A program made the position numbers and the translations under genes. Under the pieces are notes generated by a model that saw only the letters and a program-made list of their open reading frames with translations, was not told where the DNA came from and did no database searches. From Auanema rhodensis (Eukaryota; Animalia; Nematoda), in contig OZ059896.1 of the NCBI GenBank assembly GCA_964057225.1, positions 5,456,001 through 5,520,000 on the forward strand: a stretch of DNA of 64,000 nucleotides, given 5' to 3'. Positions 12,401-28,077 of this stretch are shown piece after piece; within the stretch, counting starts at the first letter, position 1; every line of letters begins with the position of its first letter.

Positions 12401-14739
12401 GTTTCCATGTACACTCAACATTGCTTCCAAAAACATTTTGACAAAAATTTTCCCGAAAAATTTCAAAATAATTTCACAAAAAGTAGATGTTTTTAGATTC
12501 CTTTTTTCAAGACAAAGACGATGGACATTGTTATTCAACAAAAAAATTAATTCTTCAGGGTGAAAATCGAGGATATAAGTGTGAACTTATATCAGTTGAT
12601 ATCTCGGTGCATTTTTAAGCTAGCGCAAATCTGATAACACAGATCGACGCAGCTTAAAAATCCACATCGAATGCACTATACTACATTGGGAAACACTCAA
12701 TACAAACATTAGTTATGATCGTTTGAAAAATGATGCATTAGTGTATGTTGAGTTTCCATGTACACTCAACATTGCTTCCAAAAACATTTTGACAAAAATT
12801 TTCCCGAAAAATTTCAAAATAATTTCACAAAAAGTAGATGTTTTTAGATTCCTTTTTTCAAGACAAAGACGATGGACATTGTTATTCAACAAAAAAATTA
12901 ATTCTTCAGGGTGAAAATCGAGGATATAAGTGTGAACCTATATCAGTTGATATCTCGGTGCATTTTCAAGCTAGCGCAAATCTGATAACACAGATCGACG
13001 CAGCTTAAAAATCCGCATCGAATGCACTATACTACATGGAGAAACGCTCAATACAAAAATTAGTTATGATCGTTTGAAAAATGATGCATTAGTGTATGTT
13101 GAGTTTCCATGTACACTCAACAATGCTTCCAAAAACATTTTGACAAAAATTTTCCCGAAAAATTTCAAAATAATTTCACGAAAAGTAGATGTTTTTAGAT
13201 TCCTTTTTTCAAGACAAAGACGATGGACAATGTTATTCAACGAAAAAATTAATTCTTCACGGTGAAAATCGAGGATATAAGTGTGAACCTATATCAGTTG
13301 ATATCTCGGTGCATTTTCAAGCTAGCGCAAATCTGATAACACAGATCGACGCAGCTTAAAAATCCGCATCGAATGCACTATACTACATTAAGAAAAGCTT
13401 AATACAAAAATTAGTTATGATCGTTTGAAAAATGATGCATTAGTGTATGTTGAGTTTCCATGTACACTCAACATTGCTTCCAAAAACATTTTGACAAAAA
13501 TTTTCCCGAAAAATTTCAAAATAATTTCACAAAAAGTAGATGTTTTTAGATTCCTTTTTTCAAGACAAAGACGATGGACATTGTTATTCAACAAAAAAAT
13601 TAATTCTTCAGGGTGAAAATCGAGGATATAAGTGTGAACTTATATCAGTTGATATCTCGGTGCATTTTTAAGCTAGCGCAAATCTGATAACACAGATCGA
13701 CGCAGCTTAAAAATCCGCATCGAATGCACTATACTACATGGAGAAACGCTCAATACAAAAATTAGTTATGATCGTTTGAAAAATGATGCATTAGTGTATG
13801 TTGAGTTTCCATGTACACTCAACAATGCTTCCAAAAACATTTTGACAAAAATTTTCCCGAAAAATTTCAAAATAATTTCACAAAAAGTAGATGTTTTTAG
13901 ATTCCTTTTTTCAAGACAAAGACGATGGACATTGTTATTCAACAAAAAAATTAATTCTTCACGGTGAAAATCGAGGATATAAGTGTGAACCTATATCAGT
14001 TGATATCTCGGTGCATTTTCATGCTAGCGCAAATCTGATAACACAGATCGACGCAGCTTAAAAATCCGCATCGAATGCACTATACTACATTAAGAAAAGC
14101 TTAATACAAAAATTAGTTATGATCGTTTGAAAAATGATGCATTAGTGTATGTTGAGTTTCCATGTACACTCAACATTGCTTCCAAAAACATTTTGACAAA
14201 AATTTTCCCGAAAAATTTCAAAATAATTTCACAAAAAGTAGATGTTTTTAGATTCCTTTTTTCAAGACAAAGACGATGGACATTGTTATTCAACAAAAAA
14301 ATTAATTCTTCAGGGTGAAAATCGAGGATATAAGTGTGAACTTATATCAGTTGATATCTCGGTGCATTTTTAAGCTAGCGCAAATCTGATAACACAGATC
14401 GACGCAGCTTAAAAATCCGCATCGAATGCACTATACTACATTAAGAAAAGCTTAATACAAAAATTAGTTATGATCGTTTGAAAAATGATGCATTAGTGTA
14501 TGTTGAGTTTCCATGTACACTCAACAATGCTTCCAAAAACATTTTGACAAAAATTTTCCCGAAAAATTTCAAAATAATTTCACAAAAAGTAGATGTTTTT
14601 AGATTCCTTTTTTCAAGACAAAGACGATGGACATTGTTATTCAACAAAAAAATTAATTCTTCACGGTGAAAATCGAGGATATAAGTGTGAACCTATATCA
14701 GTTGATATCTCGGTGCATTTTCATGCTAGCGCAAATCTG

Positions 14740-17700
14740 ATAACACAGATCGACGCAGCTTAAAAATCCGCATCGAATGCACTATACTACATTAAGAAAA
14801 GCTTAATACAAAAATTAGTTATGATCGTTTGAAAAATGATGCATTAGTGTATGTTGAGTTTCCATGTACACTCAACATTGCTTCCAAAAACATTTTGACA
14901 AAAATTTTCCCGAAAAATTTCAAAATAATTTCACAAAAAGTAGATGTTTTTAGATTCCTTTTTTCAAGACAAAGACGATGGACATTGTTATTCAACAAAA
15001 AAATTAATTCTTCAGGGTGAAAATCGAGGATATAAGTGTGAACTTATATCAGTTGATATCTCGGTGCATTTTTAAGCTAGCGCAAATCTGATAACACAGA
15101 TCGACGCAGCTTAAAAATCCGCATCGAATGCACTATACTACATTAAGAAAAGCTTAATACAAAAATTAGTTATGATCGTTTGAAAAATGATGCATTAGTG
15201 TATGTTGAGTTTCCATGTACACTCAACATTGCTTCCAAAAACATTTTGACAAAAATTTTCCCGAAAAATTTCAAAATAATTTCACAAAAAGTAGATGTTT
15301 TTAGATTTCTTTTTTCAAGACAAAGACGATGGACATTGTTATTCAACAAAAAAATTAATTCTTCAGGGTGAAAATCGAGGATATAAGTGTGAACTTATAT
15401 CAGTTGATATCTCGGTGCATTTTTAAGCTAGCGCAAATCTGATAACACAGATCGACGCAGCTTAAAAATCCACATCGAATGCACTATACTACATTGGGAA
15501 ACACTCAATACAAACATTAGTTATGATCGTTTGAAAAATGATGCATTAGTGTATGTTGAGTTTCCATGTACACTCAACATTGCTTCCAAAAACATTTTGA
15601 CAAAAATTTTCCCGAAAAATTTCAAAATAATTTCACAAAAAGTAGATGTTTTTAGATTCCTATTTTCAAGACAAAGACGATGGACATTGTTATTCAACAA
15701 AAAAATTAATTCTTCAGGGTGAAAATCGAGGATATAAGTGTGAACCTATATCAGTTGATATCTCGGTGCATTTTCAAGCTAGCGCAAATCTGATAACACA
15801 GATCGACGCAGCTTAAAAATCCGCATCGAATGCACTATACTACATGGAGAAACGCTCAATACAAAAATTAGTTATGATCGTTTGAAAAATGATGCATTAG
15901 TGTATGTTGAGTTTCCATGTACACTCAACAATGCTTCCAAAAACATTTTGACAAAAATTTTCCCGAAAAATTTCAAAATAATTTCACAAAAAGTAGATGT
16001 TTTTAGATTCCTTTTTTCAAGACAAAGACGATGGACAATGTTATTCAACGAAAAAATTAATTCTTCACGGTGAAAATCGAGGATATAAGTGTGAACCTAT
16101 ATCAGTTGATATCTCGGTGCATTTTCAAGCTAGCGCAAATCTGATAACACAGATCGACGCAGCTTAAAAATCCGCATCGAATGCACTATACTACATGGAG
16201 AAACGCTCAATACAAAAATTAGTTATGATCGTTTGAAAAATGATGCATTAGTGTATGTTGAGTTTCCATGTACACTCAACAATGCTTCCAAAAACATTTT
16301 GACAAAAATTTTCCCGAAAAATTTCAAAATAATTTCACAAAAAGTAGATGTTTTTAGATTCCTTTTTTCAAGACAAAGACGATGGACATTGTTATTCAAC
16401 AAAAAAATTAATTCTTCACGGTGAAAATCGAGGATATAAGTGTGAACCTATATCAGTTGATATCTCGGTGCATTTTCAAGCTAGCGCAAATCTGATAACA
16501 CAGATCGACGCAGCTTAAAAATCCGCATCGAATGCACTATACTACATTAAGAAAAGCTTAATACAAAAATTAGTTATGATCGTTTGAAAAATGATGCATT
16601 AGTGTATGTTGAGTTTCCATGTACACTCAACATTGCTTCCAAAAACATTTTGACAAAAATTTTCCCGAAAAATTTCAAAATAATTTCACAAAAAGTAGAT
16701 GTTTTTAGATTCCTTTTTTCAAGACAAAGACGATGGACATTGTTATTCAACAAAAAAATTAATTCTTCAGGGTGAAAATCGAGGATATAAGTGTGAACTT
16801 ATATCAGTTGATATCTCGGTGCATTTTTAAGCTAGCGCAAATCTGATAACACAGATCGACGCAGCTTAAAAATCCGCATCGAATGCACTATACTACATTA
16901 AGAAAAGCTTAATACAAAAATTAGTTATGATCGTTTGAAAAATGATGCATTAGTGTATGTTGAGTTTCCATGTACACTCAACATTGCTTCCAAAAACATT
17001 TTGACAAAAATTTTCCCGAAAAATTTCAAAATAATTTCACAAAAAGTAGATGTTTTTAGATTTCTTTTTTCAAGACAAAGACGATGGACATTGTTATTCA
17101 ACAAAAAAATTAATTCTTCAGGGTGAAAATCGAGGATATAAGTGTGAACTTATATCAGTTGATATCTCGGTGCATTTTTAAGCTAGCGCAAATCTGATAA
17201 CACAGATCGACGCAGCTTAAAAATCCACATCGAATGCACTATACTACATTGGGAAACACTCAATACAAACATTAGTTATGATCGTTTGAAAAATGATGCA
17301 TTAGTGTATGTTGAGTTTCCATGTACACTCAACATTGCTTCCAAAAACATTTTGACAAAAATTTTCCCGAAAAATTTCAAAATAATTTCACAAAAAGTAG
17401 ATGTTTTTAGATTCCTTTTTTTAAGACAAAGACGATGGACATTGTTATTCAACAAAAAAATTAATTCTTCAGGGTGAAAATCGAGGATATAAGTGTGAAC
17501 CTATATCAGTTGATATCTCGGTGCATTTTCAAGCTAGCGCAAATCTGATAACACAGATCGACGCAGCTTAAAAATCCGCATCGAATGCACTATACTACAT
17601 GGAGAAACGCTCAATACAAAAATTAGTTATGATCGTTTGAAAAATGATGCATTAGTGTATGTTGAGTTTCCATGTACACTCAACAATGCTTCCAAAAACA

Positions 17701-18249
17701 TTTTGACAAAAATTTTCCCGAAAAATTTCAAAATAATTTCACAAAAAGTAGATGTTTTTAGATTCCTTTTTTCAAGACAAAGACGATGGACAATGTTATT
17801 CAACGAAAAAATTAATTCTTCACGGTGAAAATCGAGGATATAAGTGTGAACCTATATCAGTTGATATCTCGGTGCATTTTCAAGCTAGCGCAAATCTGAT
17901 AACACAGATCGACGCAGCTTAAAAATCCGCATCGAATGCACTATACTACATGGAGAAACGCTCAATACAAAAATTAGTTATGATCGTTTGAAAAATGATG
18001 CATTAGTGTATGTTGAGTTTCCATGTACACTCAACAATGCTTCCAAAAACATTTTGACAAAAATTTTCCCGAAAAATTTCAAAATAATTTCACAAAAAGT
18101 AGATGTTTTTAGATTCCTTTTTTCAAGACAAAGACGATGGACATTGTTATTCAACAAAAAAATTAATTCTTCACGGTGAAAATCGAGGATATAAGTGTGA
18201 ACCTATATCAGTTGATATCTCGGTGCATTTTCAAGCTAGCGCAAATCTG
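14740..18249. repeat. 5-monomer higher-order repeat x2 (1755 bp period)
   Basis: The order A, A(AGATTTC), B(TTGGGAAACACTC..AAACATT), C(ACAATG..AACG), C occurs at ORF starts 14829-16233 and again at 16584-17988. Confidence 0.85.
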
Positions 18250-21200
18250 ATAACACAGATCGACGCAGCTTAAAAATCCGCATCGAATGCACTATACTAC
18301 ATTAAGAAAAGCTTAATACAAAAATTAGTTATGATCGTTTGAAAAATGATGCATTAGTGTATGTTGAGTTTCCATGTACACTCAACATTGCTTCCAAAAA
18401 CATTTTGACAAAAATTTTCCCGAAAAATTTCAAAATAATTTCACAAAAAGTAGATGTTTTTAGATTCCTTTTTTCAAGACAAAGACGATGGACATTGTTA
18501 TTCAACAAAAAAATTAATTCTTCAGGGTGAAAATCGAGGATATAAGTGTGAACTTATATCAGTTGATATCTCGGTGCATTTTCAAGCTAGCGCAAATCTG
18601 ATAACACAGATCGACGCAGCTTAAAAATCCGCATCGAATGCACTATACTACATTAAGAAAAGCTTAATACAAAAATTAGTTATGATCGTTTGAAAAATGA
18701 TGCATTAGTGTATGTTGAGTTTCCATGTACACTCAACAATGCTTCCAAAAACATTTTGACAAAAATTTTCCCGAAAAATTTCAAAATAATTTCACAAAAA
18801 GTAGATGTTTTTAGATTCCTTTTTTCAAGACAAAGACGATGGACAATGTTATTCAACAAAAAAATTAATTCTTCAGGGTGAAAATCGAGGATATAAGTGT
18901 GAACTTATATCAGTTGATATCTCGGTGCATTTTCAAGCTAGCGCAAATCTGATAGTACAGATCGACGCAGCTTAAAAATCCGCATCGAATGCACTATACT
19001 ACATTGAGAAACGCTTAGTACAAAAATTAGTTATGATCGTTTGAAAAATGATGCATTAGTGTATGTTGAGTTTCCATGTACACTCAACAATGCTTCCAAA
19101 AACATTTTGACAAAAATTTTCCCGAAAAATTTCAAAATAATTTCACAAAAAGTAGATGTTTTTAGATTCCTTTTTTCAAGACAAAGACGATGGACAATGT
19201 TATTCAACGAAAAAATTAATTCTTCACGGTGAAAATCGAGGATATAAGTGTGAACCTATATCAGTTGATATCTCGGTGCATTTTCAAGCTAGCGCAAATC
19301 TGATAACACAGATCGACGCAGCTTAAAAATCCGCATCGAATGCACTATACTACATGGAGAAACGCTCAATACAAAAATTAGTTATGATCGTTTGAAAAAT
19401 GATGCATTAGTGTATGTTGAGTTTCCATGTACACTCAACAATGCTTCCAAAAACATTTTGACAAAAATTTTCCCGAAAAATTTCAAAATAATTTCACAAA
19501 AAGTAGATGTTTTTAGATTCCTTTTTTCAAGACAAAGACGATGGACATTGTTATTCAACAAAAAAATTAATTCTTCACGGTGAAAATCGAGGATATAAGT
19601 GTGAACCTATATCAGTTGATATCTCGGTGCATTTTCAAGCTAGCGCAAATCTGATAACACAGATCGACGCAGCTTAAAAATCCGCATCGAATGCACTATA
19701 CTACATTAAGAAAAGCTTAATACAAAAATTAGTTATGATCGTTTGAAAAATGATGCATTAGTGTATGTTGAGTTTCCATGTACACTCAACATTGCTTCCA
19801 AAAACATTTTGACAAAAATTTTCCCGAAAAATTTCAAAATAATTTCACAAAAAGTAGATGTTTTTAGATTCCTTTTTTCAAGACAAAGACGATGGACATT
19901 GTTATTCAACAAAAAAATTAATTCTTCAGGGTGAAAATCGAGGATATAAGTGTGAACTTATATCAGTTGATATCTCGGTGCATTTTCAAGCTAGCGCAAA
20001 TCTGATAACACAGATCGACGCAGCTTAAAAATCCGCATCGAATGCACTATACTACATTAAGAAAAGCTTAATACAAAAATTAGTTATGATCGTTTGAAAA
20101 ATGATGCATTAGTGTATGTTGAGTTTCCATGTACACTCAACATTGCTTCCAAAAACATTTTGACAAAAATTTTCCCGAAAAATTTCAAAATAATTTCACA
20201 AAAAGTAGATGTTTTTAGATTCCTTTTTTCAAGACAAAGACGATGGACATTGTTATTCAACAAAAAAATTAATTCTTCACGGTGAAAATCGAGGATATAA
20301 GTGTGAACCTATATCAGTTGATATCTCGGTGCATTTTCAAGCTAGCGCAAATCTGATAACAAAGATCGACGCAGCTTAAAAATCCGCATCGAATGCACTA
20401 TACTACATTAAGAAAAGCTTAATACAAAAATTAGTTATGATCGTTTGAAAAATGATGCATTAGTGTATGTTGAGTTTCCATGTACACTCAACATTGCTTC
20501 CAAAAACATTTTGACAAAAATTTTCCCGAAAAATTTCAAAATAATTTCACAAAAAGTAGATGTTTTTAGATTCCTTTTTTCAAGACAAAGACGATGGACA
20601 TTGTTATTCAACAAAAAAATTAATTCTTCAGGGTGAAAATCGAGGATATAAGTGTGAACTTATATCAGTTGATATCTCGGTGCATTTTTAAGCTAGCGCA
20701 AATCTGATAACACAGATCGACGCAGCTTAAAAATCCGCATCGAATGCACTATACTACATGGAGAAACGCTCAATACAAAAATTAGTTATGATCGTTTGAA
20801 AAATGATGCATTAGTGTATGTTGAGTTTCCATGTACACTCAACAATGCTTCCAAAAACATTTTGACAAAAATTTTCCCGAAAAATTTCAAAATAATTTCA
20901 CAAAAAGTAGATGTTTTTAGATTCCTTTTTTCAAGACAAAGACGATGGACATTGTTATTCAACAAAAAAATTAATTCTTCACGGTGAAAATCGAGGATAT
21001 AAGTGTGAACCTATATCAGTTGATATCTCGGTGCATTTTCAAGCTAGCGCAAATCTGATAACACAGATCGACGCAGCTTAAAAATCCGCATCGAATGCAC
21101 TATACTACATTAAGAAAAGCTTAATACAAAAATTAGTTATGATCGTTTGAAAAATGATGCATTAGTGTATGTTGAGTTTCCATGTACACTCAACATTGCT

Positions 21201-24200
21201 TCCAAAAACATTTTGACAAAAATTTTCCCGAAAAATTTCAAAATAATTTCACAAAAAGTAGATGTTTTTAGATTCCTTTTTTCAAGACAAAGACGATGGA
21301 CATTGTTATTCAACAAAAAAATTAATTCTTCAGGGTGAAAATCGAGGATATAAGTGTGAACTTATATCAGTTGATATCTCGGTGCATTTTTAAGCTAGCG
21401 CAAATCTGATAACACAGATCGACGCAGCTTAAAAATCCGCATCGAATGCACTATACTACATGGAGAAACGCTCAATACAAAAATTAGTTATGATCGTTTG
21501 AAAAATGATGCATTAGTGTATGTTGAGTTTCCATGTACACTCAACAATGCTTCCAAAAACATTTTGACAAAAATTTTCCCGAAAAATTTCAAAATAATTT
21601 CACAAAAAGTAGATGTTTTTAGATTCCTTTTTTCAAGACAAAGACGATGGACATTGTTATTCAACAAAAAAATTAATTCTTCACGGTGAAAATCGAGGAT
21701 ATAAGTGTGAACCTATATCAGTTGATATCTCGGTGCATTTTCAAGCTAGCGCAAATCTGATAACACAGATCGACGCAGCTTAAAAATCCGCATCGAATGC
21801 ACTATACTACATTAAGAAAAGCTTAATACAAAAATTAGTTATGATCGTTTGAAAAATGATGCATTAGTGTATGTTGAGTTTCCATGTACACTCAACATTG
21901 CTTCCAAAAACATTTTGACAAAAATTTTCCCGAAAAATTTCAAAATAATTTCACAAAAAGTAGATGTTTTTAGATTCCTTTTTTCAAGACAAAGACGATG
22001 GACATTGTTATTCAACAAAAAAATTAATTCTTCAGGGTGAAAATCGAGGATATAAGTGTGAACTTATATCAGTTGATATCTCGGTGCGTTTTTAAGCTAG
22101 CGCAAATCTGATAACACAGATCGACGCAGCTTAAAAATCCGCATCGAATGCACTATACTACATTAAGAAAAGCTTAATACAAAAATTAGTTATGATCGTT
22201 TGAAAAATGATGCATTAGTGTATGTTGAGTTTCCATGTACACTCAACATTGCTTACAAAAACATTTTGACAAAAATTTTCCCGAAAAATTTCAAAATAAT
22301 TTCACAAAAAGTAGATGTTTTTAGATTCCTTTTTTCAAGACAAAGACGATGGACATTGTTATTCAACAAAAAAATTAATTCTTCACGGTGAAAATCGAGG
22401 ATATAAGTGTGAACCTATATCAGTTGATATCTCGGTGCATTTTCAAGCTAGCGCAAATCTGATAACACAGATCGACGCAGCTTAAAAATCCGCATCGAAT
22501 GCACTATACTACATTAAGAAAAGCTTAATACAAAAATTAGTTATGATCGTTTGAAAAATGATGCATTAGTGTATGTTGAGTTTCCATGTACACTCAACAT
22601 TGCTTCCAAAAACATTTTGACAAAAATTTTCCCGAAAAATTTCAAAATAATTTCACAAAAAGTAGATGTTTTTAGATTCCTTTTTTCAAGACAAAGACGA
22701 TGGACATTGTTATTCAACAAAAAAATTAATTCTTCAGGGTGAAAATCGAGGATATAAGTGTGAACTTATATCAGTTGATATCTCGGTGCATTTTTAAGCT
22801 AGCGCAAATCTGATAACACAGATCGACGCAGCTTAAAAATCCGCATCGAATGCACTATACTACATTAAGAAAAGCTTAATACAAAAATTAGTTATGATCG
22901 TTTGAAAAATGATGCATTAGTGTATGTTGAGTTTCCATGTACACTCAACATTGCTTCCAAAAACATTTTGACAAAAATTTTCCCGAAAAATTTCAAAATA
23001 ATTTCACAAAAAGTAGATGTTTTTAGATTTCTTTTTTCAAGACAAAGACGATGGACATTGTTATTCAACAAAAAAATTAATTCTTCAGGGTGAAAATCGA
23101 GGATATAAGTGTGAACTTATATCAGTTGATATCTCGGTGCATTTTTAAGCTAGCGCAAATCTGATAACACAGATCGACGCAGCTTAAAAATCCACATCGA
23201 ATGCACTATACTACATTGGGAAACACTCAATACAAACATTAGTTATGATCGTTTGAAAAATGATGCATTAGTGTATGTTGAGTTTCCATGTACACTCAAC
23301 ATTGCTTCCAAAAACATTTTGACAAAAATTTTCCCGAAAAATTTCAAAATAATTTCACAAAAAGTAGATGTTTTTAGATTCCTTTTTTCAAGACAAAGAC
23401 GATAGACATTGTTATTCAACAAAAAAATTAATTCTTCAGGGTGAAAATCGAGGATATAAGTGTGAACCTATATCAGTTGATATCTCGGTGCATTTTCAAG
23501 CTAGCGCAAAACTGATAACACAGATCGACGCAGCTTAAAAATCCGCATCGAATGCACTATACTACATGGAGAAACGCTCAATACAAAAATTAGTTATGAT
23601 CGTTTGAAAAATGATGCATTAGTGTATGTTGAGTTTCCATGTACACTCAACAATGCTTCCAAAAACATTTTGACAAAAATTTTCCCGAAAAATTTCAAAA
23701 TAATTTCACAAAAAGTAGATGTTTTTAGATTTCTTTTTTCAAGACAAAGACGATGGACATTGTTATTCAACAAAAAAATTAATTCTTCAGGGTGAAAATC
23801 GAGGATATAAGTGTGAACTTATATCAGTTGATATCTCGGTGCATTTTTAAGCTAGCGCAAATCTGATAACACAGATCGACGCAGCTTAAAAATCCACATC
23901 GAATGCACTATACTACATTGGGAAACACTCAATACAAACATTAGTTATGATCGTTTGAAAAATGATGCATTAGTGTATGTTGAGTTTCCATGTACACTCA
24001 ACATTGCTTCCAAAAACATTTTGACAAAAATTTTCCCGAAAAATTTCAAAATAATTTCACAAAAAGTAGATGTTTTTAGATTCCTTTTTTCAAGACAAAG
24101 ACGATGGACATTGTTATTCAACAAAAAAATTAATTCTTCAGGGTGAAAATCGAGGATATAAGTGTGAACCTATATCAGTTGATATCTCGGTGCATTTTCA

Positions 24201-27200
24201 AGCTAGCGCAAATCTGATAACACAGATCGACGCAGCTTAAAAATCCGCATCGAATGCACTATACTACATGGAGAAACGCTCAATACAAAAATTAGTTATG
24301 ATCGTTTGAAAAATGATGCATTAGTGTATGTTGAGTTTCCATGTACACTCAACAATGCTTCCAAAAACATTTTGACAAAAATTTTCCCGAAAAATTTCAA
24401 AATAATTTCACAAAAAGTAGATGTTTTTAGATTCCTTTTTTCAAGACAAAGACGATGGACAATGTTATTCAACGAAAAAATTAATTCTTCACGGTGAAAA
24501 TCGAGGATATAAGTGTGAACCTATATCAGTTGATATCTCGGTGCATTTTCAAGCTAGCGCAAATCTGATAACACAGATCGACGCAGCTTAAAAATCCGCA
24601 TCGAATGCACTATACTACATGGAGAAACGCTCAATACAAAAATTAGTTATGATCGTTTGAAAAATGATGCATTAGTGTATGTTGAGTTTCCATGTACACT
24701 CAACAATGCTTCCAAAAACATTTTGACAAAAATTTTCCCGAAAAATTTCAAAATAATTTCACAAAAAGTAGATGTTTTTAGATTCCTTTTTTCAAGACAA
24801 AGACGATGGACATTGTTATTCAACAAAAAAATTAATTCTTCACGGTGAAAATCGAGGATATAAGTGTGAACCTATATCAGTTGATATCTCGGTGCATTTT
24901 CAAGCTAGCGCAAATCTGATAACACAGATCGACGCAGCTTAAAAATCCGCATCGAATGCACTATACTACATTAAGAAAAGCTTAATACAAAAATTAGTTA
25001 TGATCGTTTGAAAAATGATGCATTAGTGTATGTTGAGTTTCCATGTACACTCAACATTGCTTCCAAAAACATTTTGACAAAAATTTTCCCGAAAAATTTC
25101 AAAATAATTTCACAAAAAGTAGATGTTTTTAGATTCCTTTTTTCAAGACAAAGACGATGGACATTGTTATTCAACAAAAAAATTAATTCTTCAGGGTGAA
25201 AATCGAGGATATAAGTGTGAACTTATATCAGTTGATATCTCGGTGCATTTTTAAGCTAGCGCAAATCTGATAACACAGATCGACGCAGCTTAAAAATCCG
25301 CATCGAATGCACTATACTACATTAAGAAAAGCTTAATACAAAAATTAGTTATGATCGTTTGAAAAATGATGCATTAGTGTATGTTGAGTTTCCATGTACA
25401 CTCAACATTGCTTCCAAAAACATTTTGACAAAAATTTTCCCGAAAAATTTCAAAATAATTTCACAAAAAGTAGATGTTTTTAGATTTCTTTTTTCAAGAC
25501 AAAGACGATGGACATTGTTATTCAACAAAAAAATTAATTCTTCAGGGTGAAAATCGAGGATATAAGTGTGAACTTATATCAGTTGATATCTCGGTGCATT
25601 TTTAAGCTAGCGCAAATCTGATAACACAGTTCGACGCAGCTTAAAAATCCACATCGAATGCACTATACTACATTGGGAAACACTCAATACAAACATTAGT
25701 TATGATCGTTTGAAAAATGATGCATTAGTGTATGTTGAGTTTCCATGTACACTCAACATTGCTTCCAAAAACATTTTGACAAAAATTTTCCCGAAAAATT
25801 TCAAAATAATTTCACAAAAAGTAGATGTTTTTAGATTCCTTTTTTCAAGACAAAGACGATGGACATTGTTATTCAACAAAAAAATTAATTCTTCAGGGTG
25901 AAAATCGAGGATATAAGTGTGAACCTATATCAGTTGATATCTCGGTGCATTTTCAAGCTAGCGCAAATCTGATAACACAGATCGACGCAGCTTAAAAATC
26001 CGCATCGAATGCACTATACTACATGGAGAAACGCTCAATACAAAAATTAGTTATGATCGTTGGAAAAATGATGCATTAGTGTATGTTGAGTTTCCATGTA
26101 CACTCAACAATGCTTCCAAAAACATTTTGACAAAAATTTTCCCGAAAAATTTCAAAATAATTTCACAAAAAGTAGATGTTTTTAGATTCCTTTTTTCAAG
26201 ACAAAGACGATGGACAATGTTATTCAACGAAAAAATTAATTCTTCACGGTGAAAATCGAGGATATAAGTGTGAACCTATATCAGTTGATATCTCGGTGCA
26301 TTTTCAAGCTAGCGCAAATCTGATAACACAGATCGACGCAGCTTAAAAATCCGCATCGAATGCACTATACTACATGGAGAAACGCTCAATACAAAAATTA
26401 GTTATGATCGTTTGAAAAATGATGCATTAGTGTATGTTGAGTTTCCATGTACACTCAACATTGCTTCCAAAAACATTTTGACAAAAAGTTTCCCGAAAAA
26501 TTTCAAAATAATCTCACAAAAAGTAGATGTTTTTAGATTCCTTTTTTCAAGACAAAGACGATGGACAATGTTATTCAACGAAAAAATTAATTCTTCACGG
26601 TGAAAATCGAGGATATAAGTGTGAACCTATATCAGTTGATATCTCGGTGCATTTTCAAGCTAGCGCAAATCTGATAACACAGATCGACGCAGCTTAAAAA
26701 TCCGCATCGAATGCACTATACTACATGGAGAAACGCTCAATACAAAAATTAGTTATGATCGTTTGAAAAATGATGCATTAGTGTATGTTGAGTTTCCATG
26801 TACACTCAACAATGCTTCCAAAAACATTTTGACAAAAATTTTCCCGAAAAATTTCGAAATAATTTCACAAAAAGTAGATGTTTTTAGATTCCTTTTTTCA
26901 AGACAAAGACGATGGACATTGTTATTCAACAAAAAAATTAATTCTTCACGGTGAAAATCGAGGATATAAGTGTGAACCTATATCAGTTGATATCTCGGTG
27001 CATTTTCAAGCTAGCGCAAATCTGATAACACAGATCGACGCAGCTTAAAAATCCGCATCGAATGCACTATACTACATTAAGAAAAGCTTAATACAAAAAT
27101 TAGTTATGATCGTTTGAAAAATGATGCATTAGTGTATGTTGAGTTTCCATGTACACTCAACATTGCTTCCAAAAACATTTTGACAAAAATTTTCCCGAAA

Positions 27201-28077
27201 AATTTCAAAATAATTTCACAAAAAGTAGATGTTTTTAGATTCCTTTTTTCAAGACAAAGACGATGGACATTGTTATTCAACAAAAAAATTAATTCTTCAG
27301 GGTGAAAATCGAGGATATAAGTGTGAACTTATATCAGTTGATATCTCGGTGCATTTTCAAGCTAGCGCAAATCTGATAACACAGATCGACGCAGCTTAAA
27401 AATCCGCATCGAATGCACTATACTACATTAAGAAAAGCTTAATACAAAAATTAGTTATGATCGTTTGAAAAATGATGCATTAGTGTATGTTGAGTTTCCA
27501 TGTACACTCAACATTGCTTCCAAAAACATTTTGACAAAAATTTTCCCGAAAAATTTCAAAATAATTTCACAAAAAGTAGATGTTTTTAGATTCCTTTTTT
27601 CAAGACAAAGACGATGGACATTGTTATTCAACAAAAAAATTAATTCTTCACGGTGAAAATCGAGGATATAAGTGTGAACCTATATCAGTTGATATCTCGG
27701 TGCATTTTCAAGCTAGCGCAAATCTGATAACAAAGATCGACGCAGCTTAAAAATCCGCATCGAATGCACTATACTACATTAAGAAAAGCTTAATACAAAA
27801 ATTAGTTATGATCGTTTGAAAAATGATGCATTAGTGTATGTTGAGTTTCCATGTACACTCAACATTGCTTCCAAAAACATTTTGACAAAAATTTTCCCGA
27901 AAAATTTCAAAATAATTTCACAAAAAGTAGATGTTTTTAGATTCCTTTTTTCAAGACAAAGACGATGGACATTGTTATTCAACAAAAAAATTAATTCTTC
28001 AGGGTGAAAATCGAGGATATAAGTGTGAACTTATATCAGTTGATATCTCGGTGCATTTTTAAGCTAGCGCAAATCTG

